In this document: positions 31,781-40,401 of the stretch, in pieces
Layout: each line of letters starts with the position of its first letter
How positions within the stretch are numbered: position 1 is the first letter of the stretch
Source of the DNA: an uncultured cyanobacterium
Lineage (GTDB): Bacteria; Cyanobacteriota; Cyanobacteriia; CAKZMO01
Reading direction: 5' to 3'
Assembly: GCA_963719515.1 (NCBI GenBank)
Contig: CAVRCJ010000008.1
Coordinates: forward strand, 32,001-96,000
Length of the DNA: 64,000 nt
The notes under the pieces: model-generated
What the model saw: only the letters and a program-made list of their open reading frames with translations
Told to the model about the DNA's origin: nothing
Databases searched by the model: none
Translations under genes and position numbers: made by a program

Positions 31781-34700
31781 ATGTCGTCAGAACAGCAGCA
31801 GCGCATCATGGGCTACTTCATTGAGGAGGCAAAGGACCATCTCAATACGATTGAGCAGGGATTGCTCAATCTTCAAAGCACAACGGAAGACCCGGAGCTG
31901 ATCAGCGAGGTTTTTCGAGCGGCTCACTCCGTTAAGGGTGGGGCAGCGATGCTGGGCATCGACAGCGTTCAGCAAATGTCACACCGCCTTGAAGATTGCT
32001 TCAAAATTCTTAAAGAGCGGCCGGTTCGAGTCGATCAGCGGCTAGAGTCCCTATTTCTACAGGTTTTTGACGCGCTCAAGGCGCTAATTGAGCAGCTGCA
32101 AAGCCCCTTCGGTCTAACTGACCAAAGCGCCAATAGTATCGTACAGGCGGTAACGCCGGTGGTCGAGGAGCTGCAGGTCCACTTCAACCAGCTGCTGCGC
32201 TCTGATGAATCGCCATCGGTGATGGAGGGCGGGATCTCCTCAGACGTCTCGGCCCTTTCTGAAGGAGAGCTTTCCCCAATAGCCCGGCGGTTTTTCCAGG
32301 CTGACGTCCCGGAACACTTGCGGCACATGCTGCAGCTTTTCAAGCAGCCTGATAGTTCTGAAGGCCGCTACCGGCTCGATCAGTGCTGTCAGCAACTGCT
32401 CACCCCCAGTCGTGCCGTTGACCTACCGGCGCAGTGGCATCAGCTTGTGACCTACGTCCAGCGGGCGATCGCCTACCCCACAAATTCGTATCGCCAGCTC
32501 GCGCCCATCATTATTAAGAACCTCAAGCGTGCACAAGAAAACGCCGTTGCGGGACGGGCCTACGCCATAGACGTTAGCGATGACCTGCAGGCCTTACTGC
32601 CAGCAACGCAGGATCCGTCAACTCAAGGCAGCGAGCTAGATCTGCTGCTCGCAGGCGCAGCCTTTTCCGGCGATTCACCTGGGGATAGCGCTGATGACAT
32701 GGCTGCCTTTGATGACGAGGCGATCGCCGCTGGGGATGGCGATGCTGAGACGGGTGCTATCGATGAGGCCGCGCTGGACGACTTAGACCTTTTCTCTGAC
32801 CCCGACGCAAATCTTGCCGATGTTGATATTGCTGATATAGATGGCTTGGCGGATTTGTTTGAGGCGGAGCTACTAGAGCCAGGGCTGTCAGAGCCTGAGC
32901 TACCAGAGCCAGAACCTTCCGAGTTAGAGCTACCAGAGCTAGAGCTTTCCGAGCCAGAGCAGCCAGAGCCAGAGTTACCAGAGCTAGAGCTTTCCCTAGA
33001 TTCGGAGAGCAGCGACGACCTGGATATCCTGTTTGGAGTAGGTGACTTCGGTGACAGCGACGCAGAGGCTGCTGTAGAGCCCGACACGCAAGACCCTATT
33101 GCGGACGCTTTTGATGCTGAAGGTGACGTTACCGATGGGGACGACCTCTCAACGTTGCTGGCTATGGATAGTGAACCTGAAGCTGAGCGTCTAGTCTCGG
33201 CCCTTTCGGATACGGTCGACAGCGATTTGGACGAGCTATTTGGCGATTTGCTAGGGGGTGACGATTTAGAGAGTGAGAATCTGGCAAACGAGAATCTGGC
33301 AAACGAGAGTCTGGAGAGCGAGAACCCGGAGGGCGAGAATCTGGGGAGCGAGACCTTTGAGAGGGATTTGCTAGAGAGCGACGATCTGTCAAACGAGACC
33401 TTGGAGAGCGAGAATTCAGAGGGCTATATAGAGGCTACGACAGAGGCTCAAACTCAGGAGGCTCAAACTCAGGAGGCTCAAACTCAGGAGGCTCAAACTC
33501 AGGCAGCCGAGAGTGATGTTGTGCCTGAGACCGACGTCACTGAGTTGGGCGCAATAGAGGATGACGCCGAATTAGACCTTAGCTTGTTCGACTCAGTTAG
33601 CCCTGACGAGGCTCCTCCAGAACAGCCCTCTCTGGCGCTAGATGACCTCTTTGCTGACTTTGCTGAGCCGTCTGAGGCAGCGCTAGAGCTAGAACCAGAA
33701 TTTGATACAGAATCAGAGCTTGATACAGAACCAGACTCTGATATAGATACCGACCTAGACCTTCTCGCAGTTGCTCCTGACGACCAACCCCCAGCGCAGA
33801 TAGTGGAGGACGATTTTGACCTGGGTTTGGAGCTAGAGGCTCAAGCCGCTCCCTCCGCCTCGCTAGAGGATTCTGCATCCTTGGAATCAGACGAATTTTC
33901 TGCTCTTTTCGAGTCTACCCCGGAGCCCTCCGCTAGCCTTTTCGATGAACAGCCCGATGCGCCTGTTGCCGAGGGCGACAGCGGCTTAGACGGGTTCTCC
34001 TCACTGGAGCCAGAGACCGGTGATGCTGAGGCTTCCGGCGATATTGAGTTCTCTAACGACACTAGCGCTGCCGACGCTTCTGTCCCCGATGACGCACTGG
34101 ATTTTAGTCTAGACGCGATCGCTGACCTAGAGGCTACCGCCGTAGAGGTGGACGCTAGCCCTGAGGAGGCGCTAGGCTTTGATATCTCCACGGTCGATGT
34201 CACAGAGGATGTCTGGGAGAGCGAAGACAACGAGCCGGAGTGGATGGAGGCGATCGGGTCTGACGCTGAGGGCGAGAATCCCTTTGAGGTCTCGGCCACC
34301 GGCCTTGAGGAGGAGGGCCTCACTGAGTCAGCGGAGAGCGGACTCGACGAGCTATTTGAGGGCCTACCGCTACTTGATATCCTGTCTGACTCGCCGCTGG
34401 ACATTGTTGAAGCGCAAGAGCCTGCCCTCGGCGAGACTGACGCCATGGCAGACGGTAGCGATGCTTCCTCAGAAGATGCCACACCGCTAGAGGCCACATC
34501 ACTTCAGTTTGAGGGGGAGGAGATATTTGAAGGCGATGCACCCGGAGAAAACGCGCCTCTTGAGGAGAGCGTCCCCCCTGAAGAGAGCGATATCGATGCC
34601 AATCAGTTCGATGCGCTGTTTACCGATTTTCCCGGCGTCGCCCAGCCGGACAGTGCAGCGGCGGAAGATCCCTTCAGCCTGGATGACCTAATGACAGCCG

Positions 34701-37315
34701 AGGCAGAGCTGGCCCCCGACGACTCTGCCGTTGAAGATGACCAGGCTTCGGAGCGCCTTGATGATTGGGCTGTAGGCTCCTCTGACGCGGCGCTATCCGA
34801 GCCGCAGGAAGAGGTGGAGTTGTCCGAGCCCGAGCCATCGCCCGACGAGTTCGACGACCTGCTCAGCATTGGTAGTTCAGACTCCACTGACGGGGCTGAG
34901 GCGGATTTAGCCGATGATGCTGGTCTAGGAAATAGCCCGCAGAATAGGTCTGGGGAACAGCGGTATCGTACCGAAGACGTCGCCGATGACTTCTCAGATT
35001 TGGACGCCCTATTGGGAGACCCCGATGCCGATGTTCAGGCGGACCTGTCGGTCATAGACTCGGCGGAGTATAACGATTCGGCTGCAGCTGACTTAGCTTC
35101 AGGCGACTCGTCCGAGCCCTACGATCTTGCAGAATCTGACTTAGAGTACATAGACCAGTCGCTCGGCGGAACAGAGCAAATTGAGGCGGCTATTCAGGAG
35201 CTAGAGGGACGGGGAGAATCCGATCTATCTTTAGACCCGCTAGAGGACAACGCCCAAAGCGCCGATGACTTTGCTGATCTAGAGAAGCTGCTGGAGCAGG
35301 CCGATGAGACCTTGGGCGGTACCCCAATGCCCTCCACAGCCCTGCGGCTGGCTTCACCGGGTCGCCGCGCTGCTCGTCGCCCCGCCTTGGGAAACCAGAC
35401 CATGCGGGTCGCCGTCAAAAATCTGGACAACTTGAACAACCTGGTTGGAGAGCTGGTGGTCAACCGTAACAGCCTAGAGCAGTCTCAAGATCGGTTGCGG
35501 CAATTTCTGGATAATCTCATGTCCCAGGTGCAGCAGCTGGGGGATTTGGGCCAGCGGATCCGCGATCTCTACGAGCGATCGCTGCTGGAAAGCTCCCTGC
35601 GGTCGAGTCGCCCGCAGCAGACCGTTTCTTTTGTCTCTGACGACCAGCAACACGTCACCGGGGCGCGGTTTGACGCGCTTGAGATGGACCGCTTTACAGG
35701 CTTTCACAGCTTGTCTCAGGAGATCATTGAGCTGATTGTGCGCGTCCGGGAAGCCGCCTCTGATATTGACTTCGTCGTCGATGAGAGCGACCAGGGTACG
35801 CGGATGCTCAGGCAGATCACCACACAGCTGCAGGAGGGCATCAACCACACCCGCATGGTGCCTTTCGCGCAAGCCGCCGATCGCCTTCCTCGAGCCGTGC
35901 GCGACATCTCGGTCAAGTTCAACAAGCAGGCTGAGCTAGTGGTTGAAGGGCGAGATACCCTAGTGGACAAAATGATCCTAGAGCAGCTCTACGATCCCAT
36001 GACCCATCTGGTGAATAACGCCATCACCCACGGCATTGAGCAACCCGAAGCGCGAGTAGCGGCGGGTAAGCCGTCCGTAGGCAAGATCACGGTGCGCGCG
36101 TTTCACCAGGGCAACCAAACCATCATCTCGGTCACGGACGATGGCGCTGGCATTGATGCCCATGAGGTGAAGCAAAAGGCGCTACAGCGCGGGCTGATCT
36201 CGCCGCAGGAAGCCGAAACGATGACCCAGCTGGACACCTACGATCTCTTGTTTCACCATGGGTTTAGCACCAGGGACCAGGCGGATGACTTTGCGGGGCG
36301 GGGCGTAGGGATGGACGTGGTGCGCACTAGCCTCAGCGAAGTGCGCGGCACCGTCAACATCGATTCTACGGTGGGACGGGGGACCACGTTCACGATTCGT
36401 CTGCCGCTTACCCTCAGCATTTCCAAAGCGCTGCTGTGCGTGAGCGATCGCTCACGTATAGCCTTCCCCATGGATGGGGTCGAGGACATGTTCGACATCC
36501 CCCAAGACCGGGTACAGAGAAACAGCGCCGGGCAGACCTGCATTCCCTGGCGCGAGACTCTGCTCCCGTTCCGGCCCCTGTCCAATCTGCTGAAGTTTAA
36601 CCGCACCATTGGTCGCGGTAGCGTCTATGGCGGCAGTCAGGACGACGACATGATTTCTATTGTGGTGCTCCGCAGTACTGGCAACTACTTAGCGCTGCAG
36701 GTGGATCAGGTACTGGAAGAGCGGGAGATCGTCATTAAGCAGCTAGAGCCCCCCGTGCCCAAGCCTGCCGGGATCGCGGGAGCGACGGTGCTGGGGGATG
36801 GTCGGGTAATGCCTATCACCGATGTCCTCGAGCTAGTCGATCTCTCCCTAGGGCGATCGCGCCGGGAGCTATCGCGGGAGGAGGAGCCCCCTGTCGAAGA
36901 ACCGCCCACTGAAGAACGCGAGCCTACCGTCCTGATTGTGGACGACTCGATCACGGTGAGAGAGCTGCTGTCGATGACCTTTGCCAAGGTGGGGTATCGG
37001 GTAGAGCAGGCTAGAGATGGTCAGGAGGCTTGGGAGAAGCTCAAGTCAGGCTTACCCTGTGATCTGGTATTCTGCGACATTGAGATGCCGCGTATGGATG
37101 GCCTAGAGCTGCTGTCGCGCCTGCAGCGAGACCCCGATCTAAAGGCGCTGCCGGTAGCAATGCTGACGTCGCGAGGAGCCGATCGCCACCGACAAATGGC
37201 GGTGGAGCTGGGGGCCAAGGGATACTTCACAAAGCCCTACTTAGAGGAGGCTCTGCTGGAGGCGGCTCACCGGATGCTGACGGGAGAGGCGTTGGTCGCT
37301 AAGTCAAAATCGTAG
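31781..37315 (+). CDS. pilL: CheA-like hybrid kinase HmpE/PilL (Hpt - long acidic linker - HATPase - CheW - REC)
   Basis: FRAAHSVKGGA (Hpt), HLVNNAITHGIE, DDGAG, GRGVGMDVV, CheW and C-terminal REC. Confidence 0.95.
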   Translation: MSSEQQQRIMGYFIEEAKDHLNTIEQGLLNLQSTTEDPELISEVFRAAHSVKGGAAMLGIDSVQQMSHRLEDCFKILKERPVRVDQRLESLFLQVFDALKALIEQLQSPFGLTDQSANSIVQAVTPVVEELQVHFNQLLRSDESPSVMEGGISSDVSALSEGELSPIARRFFQADVPEHLRHMLQLFKQPDSSEGRYRLDQCCQQLLTPSRAVDLPAQWHQLVTYVQRAIAYPTNSYRQLAPIIIKNLKRAQENAVAGRAYAIDVSDDLQALLPATQDPSTQGSELDLLLAGAAFSGDSPGDSADDMAAFDDEAIAAGDGDAETGAIDEAALDDLDLFSDPDANLADVDIADIDGLADLFEAELLEPGLSEPELPEPEPSELELPELELSEPEQPEPELPELELSLDSESSDDLDILFGVGDFGDSDAEAAVEPDTQDPIADAFDAEGDVTDGDDLSTLLAMDSEPEAERLVSALSDTVDSDLDELFGDLLGGDDLESENLANENLANESLESENPEGENLGSETFERDLLESDDLSNETLESENSEGYIEATTEAQTQEAQTQEAQTQEAQTQAAESDVVPETDVTELGAIEDDAELDLSLFDSVSPDEAPPEQPSLALDDLFADFAEPSEAALELEPEFDTESELDTEPDSDIDTDLDLLAVAPDDQPPAQIVEDDFDLGLELEAQAAPSASLEDSASLESDEFSALFESTPEPSASLFDEQPDAPVAEGDSGLDGFSSLEPETGDAEASGDIEFSNDTSAADASVPDDALDFSLDAIADLEATAVEVDASPEEALGFDISTVDVTEDVWESEDNEPEWMEAIGSDAEGENPFEVSATGLEEEGLTESAESGLDELFEGLPLLDILSDSPLDIVEAQEPALGETDAMADGSDASSEDATPLEATSLQFEGEEIFEGDAPGENAPLEESVPPEESDIDANQFDALFTDFPGVAQPDSAAAEDPFSLDDLMTAEAELAPDDSAVEDDQASERLDDWAVGSSDAALSEPQEEVELSEPEPSPDEFDDLLSIGSSDSTDGAEADLADDAGLGNSPQNRSGEQRYRTEDVADDFSDLDALLGDPDADVQADLSVIDSAEYNDSAAADLASGDSSEPYDLAESDLEYIDQSLGGTEQIEAAIQELEGRGESDLSLDPLEDNAQSADDFADLEKLLEQADETLGGTPMPSTALRLASPGRRAARRPALGNQTMRVAVKNLDNLNNLVGELVVNRNSLEQSQDRLRQFLDNLMSQVQQLGDLGQRIRDLYERSLLESSLRSSRPQQTVSFVSDDQQHVTGARFDALEMDRFTGFHSLSQEIIELIVRVREAASDIDFVVDESDQGTRMLRQITTQLQEGINHTRMVPFAQAADRLPRAVRDISVKFNKQAELVVEGRDTLVDKMILEQLYDPMTHLVNNAITHGIEQPEARVAAGKPSVGKITVRAFHQGNQTIISVTDDGAGIDAHEVKQKALQRGLISPQEAETMTQLDTYDLLFHHGFSTRDQADDFAGRGVGMDVVRTSLSEVRGTVNIDSTVGRGTTFTIRLPLTLSISKALLCVSDRSRIAFPMDGVEDMFDIPQDRVQRNSAGQTCIPWRETLLPFRPLSNLLKFNRTIGRGSVYGGSQDDDMISIVVLRSTGNYLALQVDQVLEEREIVIKQLEPPVPKPAGIAGATVLGDGRVMPITDVLELVDLSLGRSRRELSREEEPPVEEPPTEEREPTVLIVDDSITVRELLSMTFAKVGYRVEQARDGQEAWEKLKSGLPCDLVFCDIEMPRMDGLELLSRLQRDPDLKALPVAMLTSRGADRHRQMAVELGAKGYFTKPYLEEALLEAAHRMLTGEALVAKSKS
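33443..33502 (+). repeat. Four perfect 15-bp coding repeats (EAQTQ)
   Basis: gaggctcaaactcag x4 inside hmpE. Confidence 0.85.
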
Positions 37316-37361
37316 CGATCCGTTTTCTGTGTCACTGGTCTTTGCAGCTCGAAATCCTGCC

Positions 37362-37952
37362 GTGCAAAACCCTGTCCTGCTTATCCATGGCCTCGACGAC
37401 ACGTCCGCCAAATTCTACCGGCTTGGGTCTTATTTGCGCGATCGCGGCTGGTCAGTCCACAGCTTAGATTTGTACCCTAGCAATGGTTCTGTCGGCATCG
37501 ACGTTTTGGCTCATCAAGTGAGCCGATATGTCGACGAGAATTTTAGCGTCGAGCAGCCTATTGACGTTGTGGGCTATAGCATGGGCGGTCTTATAGGGCG
37601 CTACTACCTGCAGCAGCTGGGCGCAGTCCAGCGGGTGCGGCGACTTGTGACTGTCGCTTCCCCCCACCACGGCACCCTCACAGCCTATCTACGACCTAAC
37701 GTTGGCGCTTCTCAGATGAGACCGGGCAGCCCCTTTTTGGCTGCGCTCAACGAAACGGTAGCGCGGCTCAATGGTATCTGCGTCACCTCTATCTGGACCC
37801 CGCTGGACCTGATGATCGTCCCGGCCAGCAGCAGCCAGCTGCCGGTAGGCCACCAGGTGCAGGTTCCCGTGGCGCTGCACCACTGGATGGTGGAAGACCC
37901 CCTAGCGCTGTCGGCGATCGCCGCTGCCCTGCGCAGACCCGTAGACCCGTAG
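37362..37952 (+). CDS. Lipase-like alpha/beta hydrolase
   Basis: PVLLIHG, GYSMGG nucleophile elbow, SPHHGT, D.MIVP. Confidence 0.9.
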   Translation: MQNPVLLIHGLDDTSAKFYRLGSYLRDRGWSVHSLDLYPSNGSVGIDVLAHQVSRYVDENFSVEQPIDVVGYSMGGLIGRYYLQQLGAVQRVRRLVTVASPHHGTLTAYLRPNVGASQMRPGSPFLAALNETVARLNGICVTSIWTPLDLMIVPASSSQLPVGHQVQVPVALHHWMVEDPLALSAIAAALRRPVDP

Positions 37953-37979
37953 ACCCGTAGAGAGAGAAAGGAGGACGGG

Positions 37980-38405
37980 TTAAGTTTCCCCAACTTGCTT
38001 ATGGTCAACCGCGCCAAAAATCACTTCAGCATTGCGGTAGTACTTAAACTCCATCAGGTTGTGGAACGGGTCAGCCAGGAAAAACGTGCGGTGTTCCAGC
38101 AAGGAACCTTCAAAGCGGCGCTTGGGGCTGACGTGAAAGCCGATATTGTTGCCATAGAGCCGCTGCAGAAAGGTGTCGAACTCACTCTCTTCGGGAAAGA
38201 CTAGCCCAAAATGCCGAGGATAGATTCCGGCCTGGGGTTCGATGGGCTCGGACGTCAGGTGAGCCACGAGCTGGTGACCCTGAAGATTGAGAATGACGGA
38301 TTTATCGTTTTCACGTCCGGCGCTGCAGCCTAGCTTCTCGCAATAGAACTGCTTAGTCTGGGCAATGTCAGTGACGGGAAACGCAATGTGAAAGATCGGA
38401 CTCAT
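37980..38405 (-). CDS. VOC/glyoxalase family protein
   Basis: FHIAFPV, GHQLVAH, PRHFGLV, FFLADPFHNLMEFK. Confidence 0.9.
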   Translation of the reverse strand: MSPIFHIAFPVTDIAQTKQFYCEKLGCSAGRENDKSVILNLQGHQLVAHLTSEPIEPQAGIYPRHFGLVFPEESEFDTFLQRLYGNNIGFHVSPKRRFEGSLLEHRTFFLADPFHNLMEFKYYRNAEVIFGAVDHKQVGET

Positions 38406-38699
38406 TGTTGGTTTGCAAGCAGCAGCGGAGATGACAATTATTCTAATCTGCAGGAGAGCGTGACGCTGAACTGTGCGATTTGAACATTTCAAAAGAATAG
38501 CGCCAGGTTTACTTTGTTAAACAAAGCCAGCGAGGAACAAACGAGCGGACAGACGCGGTGAGGGAGAAACCCTTGTGTCATAGGGCGCTCAGCGAATGCA
38601 AAGCTACAGTATTTTCCTAGGTCTACCGCATTTTCCTCAGCAATTTAGAGGCGGTGCGATTTAAAATAAGGAAAAAATTATGAGCGGGCGCGAAAATGC

Positions 38700-38728
38700 T
38701 TGTTTTTTGCAGGAAGTTCTAATATAGT
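38700..38728 (+). promoter_or_regulatory. Sigma70-type promoter (TTGTTT-17-TATAGT) upstream of the candidate ncRNA
   Basis: -35 at 38700-38705, -10 at 38723-38728, A-rich UP-like region upstream. Confidence 0.5.
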
Positions 38729-38738
38729 GAAGACATGC

Positions 38739-39183
38739 AGTCAGCAGTTGGATGTAGGGCCAAAGTCAATACAGGTTAGTCTTGTCGACTTTGAGCAGTC
38801 TGACAGCGGTTTTTGCCTTAAGTCTACGACCCAAATCTAGAGCGTTAACTCTAGGGTGTTAAGTAGACTTGCATATTGACTGAACTCTCGGCAGGCTACG
38901 GCCAAATCCGTTTGAGGCTCTCGGCCCAAGCGTTTAAACTGCCGAGCTTACAGGAGTTCACAGGGCAGAAGCCTGATAGCTGGCTCGACAGCATGATGCT
39001 TCGGGGCGGGCCTGATTTGTCCCCGCGCTTTGAGTTCAGTAAGGTCCGTCTTGGTCCGTCGCCGATCTGCTTCAGCCGCGCAAAGCTAACCTTTTTGCAA
39101 GTCGCTCTCGGGTGACTGAGCTTTAGGCTTGCCCTTAAATCTGATGAGAATCGGCAGGGCTTTGGCGGTTTTCTCAGCTGACT
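38739..39183 (+). ncRNA. Candidate large structured non-coding RNA (~445 nt), family unrecognised
   Basis: 5' and 3' ends pair; four nested multi-helix domains; many G-U pairs valid only on +; no credible ORF. Confidence 0.6.
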
Positions 39184-39402
39184 TGGTCTTGCTCTCGACC
39201 TCGAAGACGCTCAGCGGTTTCGCCGCGCACTCGCCCTAGGTAGTGTCCCGCTGGCTGTCGCACTGGCCGATCGCATTTCACCTGTTTGCAGCAGCGTGTC
39301 TCAGCGCCGAGCGCACCGCTCAACCCATCTCCGCAGCTTGCCCACCGCTGCTGAGAATCACCAAGCCTCAAATTCCACCAACTAACGTTTCAGTTTCAAC
39401 GG

Positions 39403-39750
39403 TTGCCGATGTCCCCAAAATCTCTCCTTCTCCCACTTTGCCTCTCTTTCTTCTGTCTATCTATCGCCCTTCTGACAGGCATTAGCCGTCTGTCGTTGGC
39501 AGAATTTTTGCCTTATCAAGACGCCGCTCAAGTCAGCTTTGCTCTAGAGCAGTCCTTCGCCCCTGCTGCGCTGCCGGTGGAAACGGTGCTGCTGGCCGTC
39601 AGCGATCGCCCGTCTGCTGAACTCGTTGCCCTACGGTCTCCCCATCAGCAGTGGGGCATCTGGAGCCGGGCGCTGCAGCGCACCCGGCAGCTTTTGTGGA
39701 TGCTGACCCGCCAAAGCCAGACCCTCCGCCAGGGTACGCAGCTTGCATAA
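39403..39750 (+). CDS. Possible hypothetical protein
   Basis: 115-aa ORF with a hydrophobic N-terminus and no motif; may be spurious. Confidence 0.3.
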   Translation: MPMSPKSLLLPLCLSFFCLSIALLTGISRLSLAEFLPYQDAAQVSFALEQSFAPAALPVETVLLAVSDRPSAELVALRSPHQQWGIWSRALQRTRQLLWMLTRQSQTLRQGTQLA

Positions 39751-39790
39751 TTGAGGGGTACGCCTTCTGAGTTAGCGAGATTGTTCATCA

Positions 39791-40393
39791 ATGGGTCAGG
39801 TGTCGCTTCAAAAACTGATTGACCAGGTGCAAGGCGGGGGCCGTTTGGTGAGCTTCCCCACCGACACCCTACCCGCGCTGGCGTCTCGCCCTGAAGATGC
39901 CGCCCTCGTTTTTAAGGCCAAGCAGCGCCCCGCCCACAAGCCGCTGATTTTGATGGCCGCTCGTGCCGAAGCGGTTTGGCCTTGGGCGATGGGCAGCGAG
40001 GCGGAGCTAGCGCTGTGGCAGGCCGCCGCTCGGCGATACTGGCCGGGGATGGTCACCCTAATCCTGCCGGTCGGCGATCGCGTGCCTAGAGCCATGCACC
40101 CAAGCGATCCCCATACCCTCGGATTTCGGATTCCCAACTGCGCGATCGCCCGCGAAATTTTATCCCAGACGGGGCCGCTGGCAACCACCAGCGTCAACAG
40201 GTCTGGTCAGCCGCCCTTAGAAAATCTAGATGAAATTAACCGCCAGTTCCCCGAAGTTTTGACCCTCGCTGCTGATGAACTCGAGCGCCGCGCCATAGGG
40301 TACACCGGGGGCGGGCAAGCATCGACCGTCGTCAAGTGGACGGGGCAAGGGTGGACCACTGTGCGCCAGGGCAGCGTTGCTTTTTCGGGCTAG
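39791..40393 (+). CDS. tsaC: L-threonylcarbamoyladenylate synthase (Sua5/YrdC)
   Basis: FPTDT, KQRPAHKPL, YWPG, GPLATTSVNRSG, ASTVV. Confidence 0.93.
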   Translation: MGQVSLQKLIDQVQGGGRLVSFPTDTLPALASRPEDAALVFKAKQRPAHKPLILMAARAEAVWPWAMGSEAELALWQAAARRYWPGMVTLILPVGDRVPRAMHPSDPHTLGFRIPNCAIAREILSQTGPLATTSVNRSGQPPLENLDEINRQFPEVLTLAADELERRAIGYTGGGQASTVVKWTGQGWTTVRQGSVAFSG

Positions 40394-40401
40394 CGCAAAG
40401 C

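Noticed and set aside
28895..35463. Ser-rich antisense ORFs opposite hmpD/hmpE
   Set aside because: Shadow frames produced by GAN (Asp/Glu) codon bias on the coding strand
38876..39115. 79-aa ORF inside the structured region
   Set aside because: TTG start without RBS, no motif, lies wholly within paired stems
38739..39183. rnpB, tmRNA, tRNA cluster or group II intron as identity of the structured region
   Set aside because: No GAGGAAAGUCC (RNase P), no GGGGC…tRNA-like ends or tag ORF, no T-loop GTTCRA cloverleafs, no recognisable domain V or GUGYG 5' end
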